Shown: positions 38,311-50,984 of the stretch, in pieces
Layout of the letters: every line of letters begins with the position of its first letter
How positions within the stretch are numbered: the stretch's first letter is position 1
Assembly (NCBI GenBank): GCA_017654855.1
Contig: CM030332.1
Coordinates: 2,480,001 to 2,544,000 of the forward strand
Length of the DNA: 64,000 nt
From: Podospora anserina
Taxonomy: Eukaryota
Direction of reading: 5' to 3'
The notes under the pieces: generated by a model
What the model saw: the letters and a program-made list of their open reading frames with translations, nothing else
Told to the model about the DNA's origin: nothing
Databases searched by the model: none
Program-made: the position numbers and the translations under genes

Positions 38311-39860
38311 TTTGGATAGGTTTGAGTGGTTGTGGTTGGTTTGTAGAGGAAGAGGTGGGAGATGTAGAATGGAGGATGTTATATGAGCTTTGGTTTATTG
38401 TTTCTGCCTGATGGTGTTGATGGTGTAAGCGAGTGAGTGAAGCCTGATGAGGCAGGCTGTATGTTGACTTGGCTGCTGTTTGGCTGTGAGTGGTGGGGTT
38501 GGCGGGGTAAATTTGGAGAGTCAGGGTTATAGCGGATGAGGCAAGCTGCGCGATGGCAGGTGCGAGGAAGTTGGATGGGTTTGGCAACGGTTGATGGCGT
38601 CGTTTTTTGCAAAGCAGTTTGTGCGAGGCGCTTTCAATGTTTGTCCTGTTCATGTTCTACATTTATAAGAAGGCGGATAAGGTTGTTTAAAGAGAGGGTA
38701 AAAGCATTGAAATCTAAAGCCTTCAAGCATGTTCGGATTTACCAAAAAACCCAGACGAGCCTTCAACCATAGTTGAATGGAGTTAAACCTTACCCAAGCC
38801 CAATTTTGATGTAGGATATAGAGCTATGACAAGGAGATACTTTACCCCGTGACTTCAATGCTTACTTTGCCTAATCTGAAGAGAGCTCAAAACTCAAATG
38901 GTAGGATGTTTAGATATGTCGGATAAATGCATATCAAAAATATCAACATCTCTGTAACCGAGTACGGCCCCTAGTCTGTTTCGAAATGTTTCCAAATCCA
39001 ACTCCAAGATTGAAACGCGCCAGTGTGGCTCTCCAGAAGATTCGGTTTCCCATTCATTGATAGCTTACCCCCGATTTGGTCAGGGTATCGCTGACTTAAT
39101 GAGGCCGTCACTTTCCCCAGACAACAGCTCAAGCTTGGTGATGCTGGATGCCTCAAGGCCATATCATATATCCGACATTCTAGCCAGAAAACCTCCTTAC
39201 AAATGCCATCTCTTTGCCATCCCACGTTTCTTGTCACATGGCCTTTGATTGGTGTCCCCCCACAATGGAAGGGCTGCAGGTGCAAGGCTTGATCGAAGTG
39301 ACATGCGCCGGGGCGAAGAAGTGCCAAGCTAAGCCATGCTAGGATGGAAGCTCGGATGGGCTTAACCGAGTTGGGGAAGCTTTTGGACACGCCTCCGACC
39401 CCTGGTCCCGGTGGCCACTCAGCGCAAACTCCACCAACAAGCACTGCAGAGGGGCGACATCACTTTGTTGGAACTGGACACGTCGTGCACATGTATTTTG
39501 AACTTCCTAAATAAGACTGACCTTTTTTTTTATTCTTTTTTTTTAAAAAAAAATATATCTTGCTCCAGCCCATATTTATCTCGCCTTCCCTTCAATCCAC
39601 TCACTCTGGCCCATTTTCTTAAGAGGCTGCAACTCTAGATTTTCTTTGCGCATGGTCGTTCTCATAACCTCTTGCGCTTCCCTGAATTCGCAGGACACTC
39701 GACAGGGCTTTCGAGTTTGAGCTTTTCTTCTCTGACAACCAACCACCTCTCTATCTTTAAAATACCAGCCTCTTGGGTTTAGAGACCGCCTTCGCTTTCT
39801 GACAAAGAGCGACACTTTTCCACTATACTGCACCAGCCGGAACACGGCAGAAGTGCAATA

Positions 39861-42800
39861 ATGGACAACGCCTTCGCGCGATCGTCCCAAGAGGTGCTCA
39901 GCACTCTGGGCGTAAATCCAGCAACTGGGTTGACAGATGCCCAAGTCAAAAGCTTACAGGCGAAGCATGGTAAAAATGGTATGTAGTTGATGTTAGGTTT
40001 ATGCTTCGCTATCGCGAACGTCGATCCCTTGGCTAACTGGTCTGTTCTCTGTAGCTATCGCCGAAGAACCGCCTACTCCATTATGGGAACTCATCCTTGA
40101 ACAGTTCAAGGACCAATTGGTCCTGATCCTTCTCGGTTCCGCCGCGGTTTCCTTCGTTTTGGCTCTCTTCGAGGAGGAGGGTGGATGGAGCGCATTCGTC
40201 GACCCGGCCGTCATTCTCACCATCTTGGTTCTCAACGCCGTCGTCGGAGTCTCGCAAGAAAGCAGCGCCGAAAAGGCCATTGCCGCCCTTCAGGAATACT
40301 CAGCCAACGAGGCCAATGTTGTGCGCAATGGGCAGCTTCACAGGATCAAGGCTGAGGAGTTGGTTCCGGGTGACATTGTGGATGTTTCTGTGGGCGCTCG
40401 TATCCCTGCCGACTGCCGCTTGATTTCGATCCACAGCAACAGCTTCGCTGTCGACCAGGCCATTCTTACCGGAGAAAGCGAAAGTGTGGGCAAGGATAGC
40501 GAGGTTGTTGTCAAGGATGAGAAGGCTGTGAAGCAGGACCAGGTCAATATGCTTTTCTCGGGCACTACCGTCGTCACCGGCCACGCCAGGGCTGTGGTTG
40601 TCTTGACTGGTTCCAATACGGCGATTGGCGACATTCATGAGAGTATCACGGCGCAAATCTCCGAGCCGACCCCTTTGAAGCAGAAGCTCAATGATTTTGG
40701 TGACCAGCTCGCCAAGGTCATCACTGTTATCTGCGTTCTCGTCTGGCTCATCAACATTCCTCACTTCAGTGACCCCAGCCATGGAAGCTACGCCAAGGGT
40801 GCCATCTACTACCTCAAGATCGCTGTCTCGCTTGGTGTTGCTGCTATCCCGGAAGGTCTGGCTGTAGTCATTACCACTTGTCTCGCTTTGGGAACTCGCA
40901 AGATGGCAGCCAAGAACGCAGTTGTCAGAAGCTTGCCCTCTGTTGAGACCCTTGGAAGCTGCAGTGTTATCTGCTCCGACAAGACCGGTACTCTTACTAC
41001 CAACCAGATGAGCGTCAGCAAAGTTGTCTATCTGAGCGCCAATGGCACTGGGTTGGAGGAACTGGATGTCGAGGGAACCACATTCGAACCTCGGGGCGAT
41101 ATCAGGTCTAACGGCAAGGTTGTTACCGACCTTGTCCAGGAGTCCTCAACCATCCTTCAAATGACCCAGGTCGCCGCCCTCTGCAACGATGCCCGCCTTG
41201 ATTACCACTCACACACTGACAGCTACTCCAACGTCGGCGAGCCTACTGAAGGTGCCCTTCGTGTTATGGTTGAAAAGGTGGGCCCTTGCGCCCCTGCTGA
41301 CTGCAACCCCAAGGACCGTGTTCACTATGCCAGCTCTTGGTACGAGAAGCAGTTCAGCCGCCTTGTCACCTACGAATTCTCTCGCGATCGCAAGAGTATG
41401 TCAGTGCTGGTGCAAAACGGAAACTCCCAAAAGCTCTTTGTCAAGGGCGCCCCCGAGTCGATCATTGAACGCTGCACCCACACCCTTGTTGGCCGCGATG
41501 GAAAGAAGGTCCCCATGGACCGCAACCTGGCTGATCTTCTTCTGAAGGAAGTGGTTGATTATGGTAACAAGGGTCTTCGTGTTATCGCTTTGGCTAGCCG
41601 TGACAACGTTCAGGGCGAGTCTCTCCTGCATAAGGCCAAGTCTACCTCCGAGTACGCCCAACTGGAACAGAATCTTACTCTCCTTGGTCTCGTTGGTATG
41701 CTGGATCCTCCTCGTCCCGAGGTTGCTGGCTCAATTCAGAAGTGCAAGGATGCCGGTATCCGTGTTATCGTCGTTACCGGTGACAACCGCAACACTGCTG
41801 AGACCATCTGCCGCCAGATTGGTGTCTTTGGCCCTGACGAGGATCTCACTGGAAAGAGCTTCACTGGTCGTGAATTTGATAATCTGAGCCACAGCGAGCA
41901 GCTTGAGGCGGCCAAGAACGCTTCTCTTTTCTCCCGTGTCGAGCCCACTCACAAGTCTAAGCTTGTTGACCTCCTTCAGTCCCTTGGCGAGGTTGTTGCC
42001 ATGACTGGCGATGGTGTCAACGATGCTCCTGCTCTCAAGAAGGCCGATATTGGCGTTGCTATGGGTTCTGGTACTGATGTCTCTAAGCTCGCAGCTGACA
42101 TGGTTCTGGCCGATGACAACTTTGCCACCATTGGTGTTGCCATCGAGGAAGGCCGTGCCATCTACAACAACACTCAACAGTTCATCCGGTATCTCATCTC
42201 TTCCAACATCGGCGAGGTCGTTTCTATCTTCCTTACCGCTGCTCTTGGCATGCCTGAGGCTCTTATCCCTGTTCAGCTCCTCTGGGTCAACCTCGTCACC
42301 GACGGTCTCCCAGCCACCGCCCTGTCCTTCAACCCGCCTGACCACGACATCATGAGACGCCAGCCCAGAAAGCGCGACGAGGCCCTTATCGGTGGCTGGT
42401 TGTTCATCCGCTACCTGATCATCGGCACCTACGTCGGTCTCGCCACTGTGGCCGGTTACGCCTGGTGGTTCATGTTCTACTCTGAGGGTCCCCAGATCAG
42501 CTTCTACCAGCTCTCCCACTTCCACCACTGCAAGACTGAGTTCCCCGAGATTGGCTGTGCCATGTTCACCGATGTCCGGGCCAAGGCCGGCTCTACTGTC
42601 TCCCTTTCTATTCTCGTCGTCATTGAGATGTTCAACGCCATGAATGCGCTGTCATCGAGCGAATCGCTGCTCACGCTTCCAGTGTGGAAGAACATGATGC
42701 TTGTGTATGCCATCGCTCTGTCGATGGCACTTCATTTTGCCCTGCTTTACACCCCCTTCTTGCAGACTCTCTTCTCTATCTTGCCTCTGAATGCGGCTGA

Positions 42801-42997
42801 GTGGAAGGCTGTGGTGGCCATCAGTGCGCCAGTTGTGTAAGTTTAGCCTCTTTTCCTTTATACGCTAATGAACACTTTGCTAACTTTGAATTTGCAGTCT
42901 CATCGACGAAGTGTTGAAGTTTGTGGAGCGCAGGTTTTTTATGCAGACTCCAGTGTCGAGCTCTGCTGTGGTCTCTAAAGATAAGAAGGATCTATAG
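39861..42997 (+). CDS. nca-1: SERCA-type ER Ca2+-ATPase (P2A); introns 39979-40054 and 42837-42897
   Basis: [53 protein letters not shown] and IEMFNA. Spliced C-terminus ends KDKKDL, a dilysine ER-retrieval type motif. Confidence 0.96.
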
Positions 42998-43365
42998 AGG
43001 AGTTACAGGAGAAGAATTAGAGAAGACATATAACAAGACAAAAATGATATTTGGGCGGTAAAACCGCACGTATTAAACGATATTTAGACACTGTACATGA
43101 AGCGTAATGATATAGCATTGCTTTAGCACAGATACCATTTGACAGATGCAAGTTGCATTTCCCATCTTCTGAGGACAATTCTTGTATCAGATGGAAAACT
43201 TGATCCTTGACGGTGGTCATTGTATGCTCTCAAAATATCATTTACTGTTACAACGCCTAGTATGTCCCAACTCCCGCCTGCCACAGAAGAGACACAGCGG
43301 TTGCTACCCTTTGCCCAGGTTCATTCCCTTGATCTAAAACATTTCTTCTTCTTCGTGCACCCTTT

Positions 43366-44157
43366 CTAATCCTGCCGTCCCTTGAGCAGTCTCTTGGTCA
43401 CCTTGTCCTTCTCAATAATGTACACATGAGCACCCCAACCGGAAAGGGCATCTCTGTCGACGGCGTTGAGAAGGGACTGGGAAATCGTCTCGAAAAGCTG
43501 ATCAGGGCCCTATATCATTCTCCAGTCAGCATTCTCTCCCTTTTTGATATTTCCGAAAACACTCACAAGATTCGGCTCCCACAAACTCTCACACATGCCA
43601 AACAGCTGCTCCGTCGCCGTCCCACTGACAATAAAGTCCTTTGCAAAATCAATGCACCCAATACTATCAAACCCGCAGATAAATGGCTGGCCCGTCTTGG
43701 GGTCCAGCCCCGCAACGACGGGGGAGACAAACCACGGACCGAAGCGGCGCTCGTACAGGGAGGAAGATACAAGGTTGGCAAAGGTGCGGGGGGCGATCTG
43801 GCGCTCTTCGCGGAGGCGGTACATGTTTACTTTGTAGCGGAAGAGGTCCGAGACGGTGGCCACGTCGGTGGCGAGGCCGGTGAGGCCGAGGAAGACGTTG
43901 TCGCCGTATTGGAAGATTTTGGGGAAGTTGTTGGAGACGGTGAGGGCTTGGAGGCCGAGGCGGAGGTCGCAGGCTATGGCTACGCAGTCTTTGCCTACCA
44001 TTGCTACGCAGGCGCCGCCGTCTGGAAGGGGGGGTTAGGAACTGGTGGGGAAAAGGGGAGGCGGACTTATTGAGAAGGGGGAGGACTGGGAGGAGAGAGG
44101 TTAGTTATTGTTTGGGTAGAGGTATGTGAGGGTATCATGGGGAGAGGAGCATACCAT
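43366..44157 (-). CDS. PUP3: 20S proteasome subunit beta-3; introns 44154-44086, 44066-44022 and 43566-43510
   Basis: Spliced [30 protein letters not shown]...[10 protein letters not shown]...[22 protein letters not shown]...LKGRQD. Confidence 0.95.
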
Positions 44158-44870
44158 CTTGGCTGTTGTGGAGGGGTGGCTGCTGGGAAGCGGGTGTGGA
44201 TGGTGATGGCTTCGATGCAACGGGAGCTCTGGGTGGGGAGGTTCAAGTGTGTTTGTTGGACAGTATCGCTATCGGATGAATGTCGTTTCGAACCTCAGGA
44301 GGTAGAGCGGTCTGAATCGCGTGTTGTGGTGTTGTCGACCTGTCGTCGTTGGAGCTCTCGTGCAATCAATGACAGCCTTGGAGGTTCAAGAGGTCGGGTT
44401 GGAAGCTCTCCAAGCTGACAAGGAGGCTGCGCTGGAGTTGACGTGCAAGGCAACACGCAGCTGGCGCGGCGAGTCGGCGAGCGGGCTGGCAGGGGTGGTC
44501 CCTGGCCAAGGTGTAACATAAAAGGCGGTGACAGACGGCGGTAAACGGCTGAAGCCTGCGAAAACGCAAGCTCCCCCTCCAGCTGTGCCCCGTGCGCGCT
44601 GTAATTGCCCCTCTGGAGAGCTTCCAGTTCAGTGGGTGATGGAAGCTCCAGGAACCACCCCACTTGATTATTACAACTGTTGTCTAGACAGCCAAGTTAC
44701 GTGTTATAGCACTGCCTGGTGAATCGAAGACAAGACAAACAAGGTCGACTATCATATCTTTGGTCTTTGCTGTGCTGTATTCGGGCTCGTTGACTATTTG
44801 ACAATTCACTTGATACTCTACTGTACCTCTCAAGGCGCCTTGCCTATCGATACCCCGCTACATTGACAGA

Positions 44871-46456
44871 ATGTCAGCCGCTCACGTCGAGGTCATCTCG
44901 ACAGACCTCCGCCGAGCCAAGGTCAAGGTCAACCCGGGAACATACCTGGTTGATGTCCTCAATGAAGCTTGCAAGAAGCTGAATGTCAACCCTGACAAGT
45001 ATGATGTCAAGTGAGTTGATCCTTGTGTGTTAATCTCCAATACATCTCATCATCAGCTTACACGTATCACAGGCACAAACAAAAGATTGTCGATCTCACA
45101 TCTCCCTTCCGCACATCAGGGCTGGTTTCCGGTGCGAAGCTGGAGCTTGTTCAAAAGTCAAAGAGTGCATCCGTTGTGTCGATAGCTCTCGATGTCGATG
45201 GGAAACGTTTCACAAAGAAGCTGCCCAACGACTTCACATTATGGCAAACGTTGCGCCAGTTTGAGAGCTCAGAGAGTGGGCTCAACCTTACGGGCAGAGC
45301 CACTCCAAAAAAAGACACCCAGAACGGCGGTCAGCTTTATCACGAGGCCCCCATTGTCAACATCATGGGGAGAGAGTACTCTGCTTTGGAAGATCTCAAC
45401 AAGACCTTGTCACAATGTGGCATCAACTCTGGCAGCATGGTCCTTCGCCTGAGTTTCAAACTCACGGAAAAGACCTTGTTCGAGGCCATGTCCGATATCG
45501 GCCAGTTCTTGAAGGATGTCGAGCCAGATCAGCCAAAGGAAGAGGAGTCAAAACCAGCGCCGGTCCAACAGGAGCCCAAGGTGGAGAGCAGTACTACTGA
45601 TGTTGTAGAGGAACCAAAGGTGGAAGGCAACATAGAATCAAGCATTTCACCAACCGAGACAACCACCCCAGCAGTCACAGAGCAAGAAGAGACGAAGCCT
45701 TCTGCGGATCTCATGGATGTCGATGAAACCCAGCCTCAGCCTACATCACCACCCTCCGAACCTGTTGACCGCTTCCTCCCCACCTCCGTCTTCGTCGCCC
45801 CCACCTCCACCACCCCAGCAGCAGTCAACATCCAAGAAGACGACTCAGCTTACGAACCAACCATTGCCCATGCCCAGCTCCGCCAGCAACAGCTCCTCCA
45901 AAAGGCCCAAAACACCCGCCTCAAATCCGACGCCGAGCTCGCCGCAATCAAGGCAGAAGAAGCTGCCAAACTTGCCAAGGTTACCAGAGTTGAAATCAAA
46001 GTCCGATTCCCTGACCAAACCTCCGCCACGTGGGTGGCTACCCCTGAGGAGACCGGAGGCTGGTTATATCAAGCCATCCGGGCGACGATGGCGCACCCAG
46101 ATCAGCCTTTCAAGCTTATCATCCCCGGCCCGAGGACACACGTGGAAGATGGGAACAAGAAGTTGATTGCGGGGTATAAGCTCAAGGGGCCACAGATGTT
46201 TAATCTTGTTTGGGAGGATGGTGCCTCTGGGGAGGCGAGGAAGGGCGGGTTTTTGAAGGAGAGCGTAGCTTCTAGGGCGAGGGACATTGTGATTCCTGAG
46301 GTGCCAGAGGGTGGGGTTGTCGGGGGTGGTAGTGAGGCTGGGCCGTCGGGGTCTTCGTCGGCTCAGGGGGCGGGGTCAGAGAAGCCGAAGAGGGAGATTG
46401 ACCCTGAGGCGCTCAAGAAGAAGATGGGGAAGTTTTTCAAGTTTGGGAAGAAGTGA
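44871..46456 (+). CDS. UBX4: TUG/ASPSCR1-like UBX-domain Cdc48 cofactor; intron 45011-45072
   Basis: N-terminal UBL RRAKVKVNPGTYLVDVLNEACKK...VDLTSPFRTSGLVSGAKLEL. Also YEPTIAHAQ and UBX-type VEIKVRFPDQ. Confidence 0.82.
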
Positions 46457-46783
46457 GTTGCTTGATAAATTATGTGGGAGAGGAGGAAAGTGGTTGTTGT
46501 GTCTGCATTAATCAGGGCGTTTGCTGTATCGAGGATAGGATTCACTATGGGATATGCCCGGCCTTGGGTCTTTGGTAGATATATGCTTTCCCAACTAGAC
46601 AATGAAGCTCAATCAATGGATGCAGTCTTTGAAAGTAGGGTAAGTACAGATAAATACCAGCAATGTCTTTTGATTGTCAAGGAGACAAGGGCGTCCCTTC
46701 AGTTGCCTAGACTAGTAACCGTCAGGCCACTGCTGAATCCAAGTTGCCACAGACTCCTAATTCTCAAAGATAAAATACCAGTC

Positions 46784-47523
46784 TTAATGACCAGCCCTCC
46801 TCGACTCAGCAATAACCCTCTGCAACTCATCAACCTTTGCCTTGGCCCTGCCGTAAGTGCCCAGCTTGCGCTTGGAGTACTTCCTTGCGCGCTTGTCCTT
46901 GCCGTTGCGGAGTAGTTCAATGACACGACGCTCGTAAGGGGCGAGGCTGTTGGAAGCAAGCATGGTCAGCAGCCAAAGCAGTCGTTATCTTGGATGGAGG
47001 GTTGTTATCGCCAGCTAGTAGATCCACAACGGGCCGTTATGGGGCCAGGACAGGGTTCCTCGGAATTCGAGATTATGAATTTGGGTTGGCTGGTGGGGGA
47101 GGGGGGGGAGGGGGGGAAGAAACACACCCGGCGACTTCCTTGACGATGCTGCGGACAAAGTTGGTGCGCTTGCTCTGGGCACCCTTGCGGCGGGAGGGGC
47201 GGGGTTTGGAGATGATGGGGATTGTTTTCTGGGGTTAATTAGTTGATGTTGTGGTGGGTTTTTATTACAGGAAAGAAGCCATCATGGGAAAGAGAAGGGT
47301 GGAGAGGTATAGAGATCATACAACCAGACATAGGATACAGATTCGAGGAAATGAAATTTAGCGTCGATCTTCTTTCTTCAACATAAATTTTTCTTTTCTG
47401 ATTGGAATAATAGAAAGAAAAAACCATAATCTTGAATTAGAAAGAGAGGGGTCATACAGTGCCCTTGTTAACACCCTTTGCCAACCCCGTCTTCTCAGTC
47501 TCCTGCTTCTTGGTAGGAGCCAT
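46784..47523 (-). CDS. RPL36: 60S ribosomal protein L36 (eL36); introns 47457-47229 and 47127-46947
   Basis: [85 protein letters not shown]. Confidence 0.93.
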
Positions 47524-47688
47524 GTTTCTGATAACGCAAAAGATACGGTTTTTATCACCGGCGCCGAAGGGTTCGTCCGTTCGCTTTGGCTCGTTCGGGT
47601 TGCTGACGATGGCTGACAGGTGGAGTTGCGGACGGGAAGGCGAAGCCAAGTGGAGAATGTTTGTGCGGGTGCGCTGGCGGTTTGTGGG

Positions 47689-47829
47689 TCAGGGCTAACG
47701 TTTTGGTGCAATTCTGGATTTCAGTTGCAGGGGCATGATTGTGGGGGTGGCTTGTGGCTGGCTTGGCGGGAGGATGTGGCGTTGGTTTATGAGACGACTT
47801 CCATTTTGACGACCACCATGATAGGGCTA
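47689..47829. promoter_or_regulatory. Two AGGGCTA motifs upstream of RPL36, resembling the TTAGGGCTA (Tbf1-type) ribosomal-protein promoter element
   Basis: TCAGGGCTAA at 47689-47698 and ATAGGGCTA at 47821-47829, about 170 and 300 nt upstream of the ATG. Each is one mismatch from TTAGGGCTA. Confidence 0.4.
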
Positions 47830-49509
47830 CTATGGTTATTGCGATATTGCGGGTGGACATGGGATGAGCTTGCGATTTCCTTGGTTTTGTGTGCTTGGTT
47901 CTTTGAGTTGTTCATCGAGATTCGTTTTTTTCGGAGTAGAGGAAAATCAGACCCTGGGTCATCCCTCTGTCCAACGGTTCCCCTGTTGAAGGCCCTGGAG
48001 TGCCTCCCTACCTAATTCCTGGGAATTCCTGCCAGGAACCGAACACGACCTGCGCCTGCTATCGAGACCTGTCCTACCGGAGAAGCAGGATGGGACCACA
48101 GTCACAGCACAAAGCCTTTGGACGACAATATATCACCAACGGAGTATCAATCTTGTACGCCTGCCACTTGCACCGCTGCCCTCGGCACCCATGGTCAATC
48201 GTACTCGGGTATCTGTATCTTTTATTCTCCCCGAACCTGGGATCACCATTCACCGTCAACCGGCTGGCTTGTCAAAGTGTCATAGGGGACCATTGCAATG
48301 AATTGGTGCTTCTTGCTGGGTCTCCGACGGCTCCTACCTGATCTATCAGGGTGGGCAGGCGGTTGTGAGTTCAACTTTGTAGCTTGTGAAACAGACCTAA
48401 ATACATGTGTACCGGTTAATAGTACTGTTCCTCTACTCAAAAGGTTTCTCCTGAGCTAGGTTTGAGCTGGTAGTTCCTCTCACAGAGAACCAGCGGTTTG
48501 TCACACAGAATGCTTCAAAGATCTTTCGTTGACCACATCCATTTGCTGTGTCACAGCTGGGAACACGAGTAGGATTGTTACTCTGACTTATATGCTTGAA
48601 CCGACCACAGCCGTTGGCATAATGGCAGCAGAACTCAGCGTTGAGTAACGTTGAACAGAAAAGTCGGGAAAAGAGGCCAAGTACATTCGGTGTGGATTCA
48701 ACGGTCCGATCTTTTCTCTTCTTGAGTCCAGTAAACGACAGAATATACGAAATTACAAGACATAGGGATGGCCGGGGGGACCAAACAGGTAGCATAATGA
48801 TATCATGGCAGTCCACTTACATGTACCGGCATAATCAAACACTTTACCGACACCGGGAGAAAAGAGCGGACTCGGCTTGAAACGAAACATCGCGGAGGTG
48901 GAACATTGTGAACCAACCATAGCCTGTACCTGCTGAAAATTCCAGAATAGGCACTCGGCAAGGAAGATGGTTGGCTCAGCAGGTAGAGTGACGCTGGGAA
49001 TCCGCTCCTCGAGAATCCGCCGGTTTTCCCGCAGTCGTGTGTGTGAGGCGAGAGGGCGGAGAATGGAGGCTTTCCATGGTTTCAACTGATATTTTCATCT
49101 CACTCGGCTGGTTGCAGTAGGTACAGGATCTGCATGTCTGGTGCTCCAGCATCCACAGTGTTGGCATCCAGTTGTAGATCAGATTTGAAGGATTGGCAGG
49201 TGGCAAGCGGCATATCCAGGCTCTCCGAGAAATCGATCTGCAGGTACGGCTGGTATTCATCGGCCGTGCCCGTTGAGGGAGGCTCTTTCTTAAATACTCA
49301 GGGCACTGATGGACCTGCCAATACAGGATTCCAATTCCTCAAGTCTTCAGTTCTTCTCAAAACTTCTTCCCTTGACCGGATCATCAGCAACCTTTTCTTT
49401 TTTTCAGAGCAGCCCGGTTGCTGCCACTTTTTATTAGACTTACTTTCTGTCAGCATCTATACCAAACACTCTTTTACAGCCGAACCTTTTCGACTACTTC
49501 TTCTAGAAC

Positions 49510-50122
49510 ATGATCCTGCCCGCCTTCTCTACCGCCCTAGTGGCGGGCCTCCTCCCACTCGCTGCGGCCCTCGCTGCATTCTCGGCAATGACAGACTACA
49601 CCATCCCTCCAGCTGTGATTAAAACGCTGATGGAATCCGATAAAGAATGCGTCATGCCTTGGGGGTTCAACATCACCAACTTCATGATCTTCACCCCCGC
49701 CCCCGGCAACAATCACTCCCAACTCATTAGCTTTGACTTTTTCGACGACCCCACCAAAATCGCGACATCCTGCGCCTTCAATGAAAGTTCGGTCAATGTC
49801 GCTCCTTTCGATTTCACCCCTCGCTATCCATGTGAGGACTGGCGGGTAACCTTTATGTGGAACAACGCAACACAAGGCCTGGAGATGATTGAAAGGGCCT
49901 GCCCAGATGTCTTGTAGGTTGATTATTAAAATGGCTGCTCCATTACGCGCTAACCAGTTATACAGAACAACTTCTATGGAGGCTTCCGGGTCGATATGGG
50001 TAAATGGAACCTTGAGCTGCCTCGAGGATGATGCGAACGGTGCGTATGGTCCTGGACTCGATTGCATCTCATTTCGAAAGTATGAGGCAAAGTACTACAG
50101 CCTTCAGCCCACACCGTGGTAG
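49510..50122 (+). CDS. Small secreted cysteine-containing fungal protein (possibly AA1-like fold); intron 49914-49965
   Basis: Hydrophobic signal peptide, six Cys and several N-x-S/T sites. GTAGGT...GCTAAC...CAG joins into TTSMEASGSIW...YSLQPTPW-TAG. Confidence 0.7.
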
Positions 50123-50984
50123 AGACACGTCGATGACACGTGGGAGCCCAGTAAGGGGATCCCAGGAGGGGGAATCAAGTGAAAGAAGGCATGAGGGGGG
50201 ATATCAGCGGTCGTCACTGACACTGTGTGGACGTTTGAAACCCTGGCTACCTAATGGGTGTAGTTTGGTCCAGCTACTTGGTCTAGTTGGGCAGGATGGA
50301 TGCGGGATTCAGGGAAGGATAATCAGTAGCACTGACAGTGGTTTCGATGGCACACTATTGAGCATACATCGAGGTTAGGTAATGGAGTATTAGTATTAGT
50401 AAGGCGGGAAGCAAAGAACAAAGAAGGTTCGTTCGTTCGTTCTGCATATTGGTGCACTCTGCAGGTTCGAAACATGCTTAATTGGTGAATAATGCGGGGT
50501 GTTACCACTACTGTGGCACTAACCCCTGTTCCCCCATAAAGTGCCCTGGCGGCACAGCAAGGTGCCCAAAATTATCACCAACCTCCTCTCTGAAACATGA
50601 ACCTTTGAGAACCATTGCGTCATACCTCACACACGGCGATGGCTGTACGAGACGATATTCAGTCGATATATTTTTGTTGAAATCAAACAGTCAGCTATGA
50701 ATTGTCTTTTGACGGTCCGTTTGGTTTCATCAGGCTGAATCCGTCCCTGCCGCAGTCCCTGGCGCCGTGCATTTCAATTGGCAAGTGATCTGGTCACGAG
50801 GTCGGATGTAGTCAAGGCCAACAGCCATCCTCCTCCTAACTGCCTTATGGTCTTTTACTCCCCGGGTCTCTCTTGTTCCTTAAACTCATTGGGTCATTTT
50901 CCCCCTTCACTTTTACTTAACCTCAGCATCCCTTTTACGGCCTGATTCAACATTAGCCAGCCCTCACGATCATCATCAGCAACA

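Noticed and set aside
47092-47116. G-run cluster able to form a G-quadruplex
   Set aside because: It is the complement of a C-rich intron tract common in this genome; no specific evidence of function.
46947-47457. Intronic snoRNA in the long RPL36 introns
   Set aside because: No paired C box (RUGAUGA) and D box (CUGA) with a terminal stem, and no clear H/ACA layout seen.
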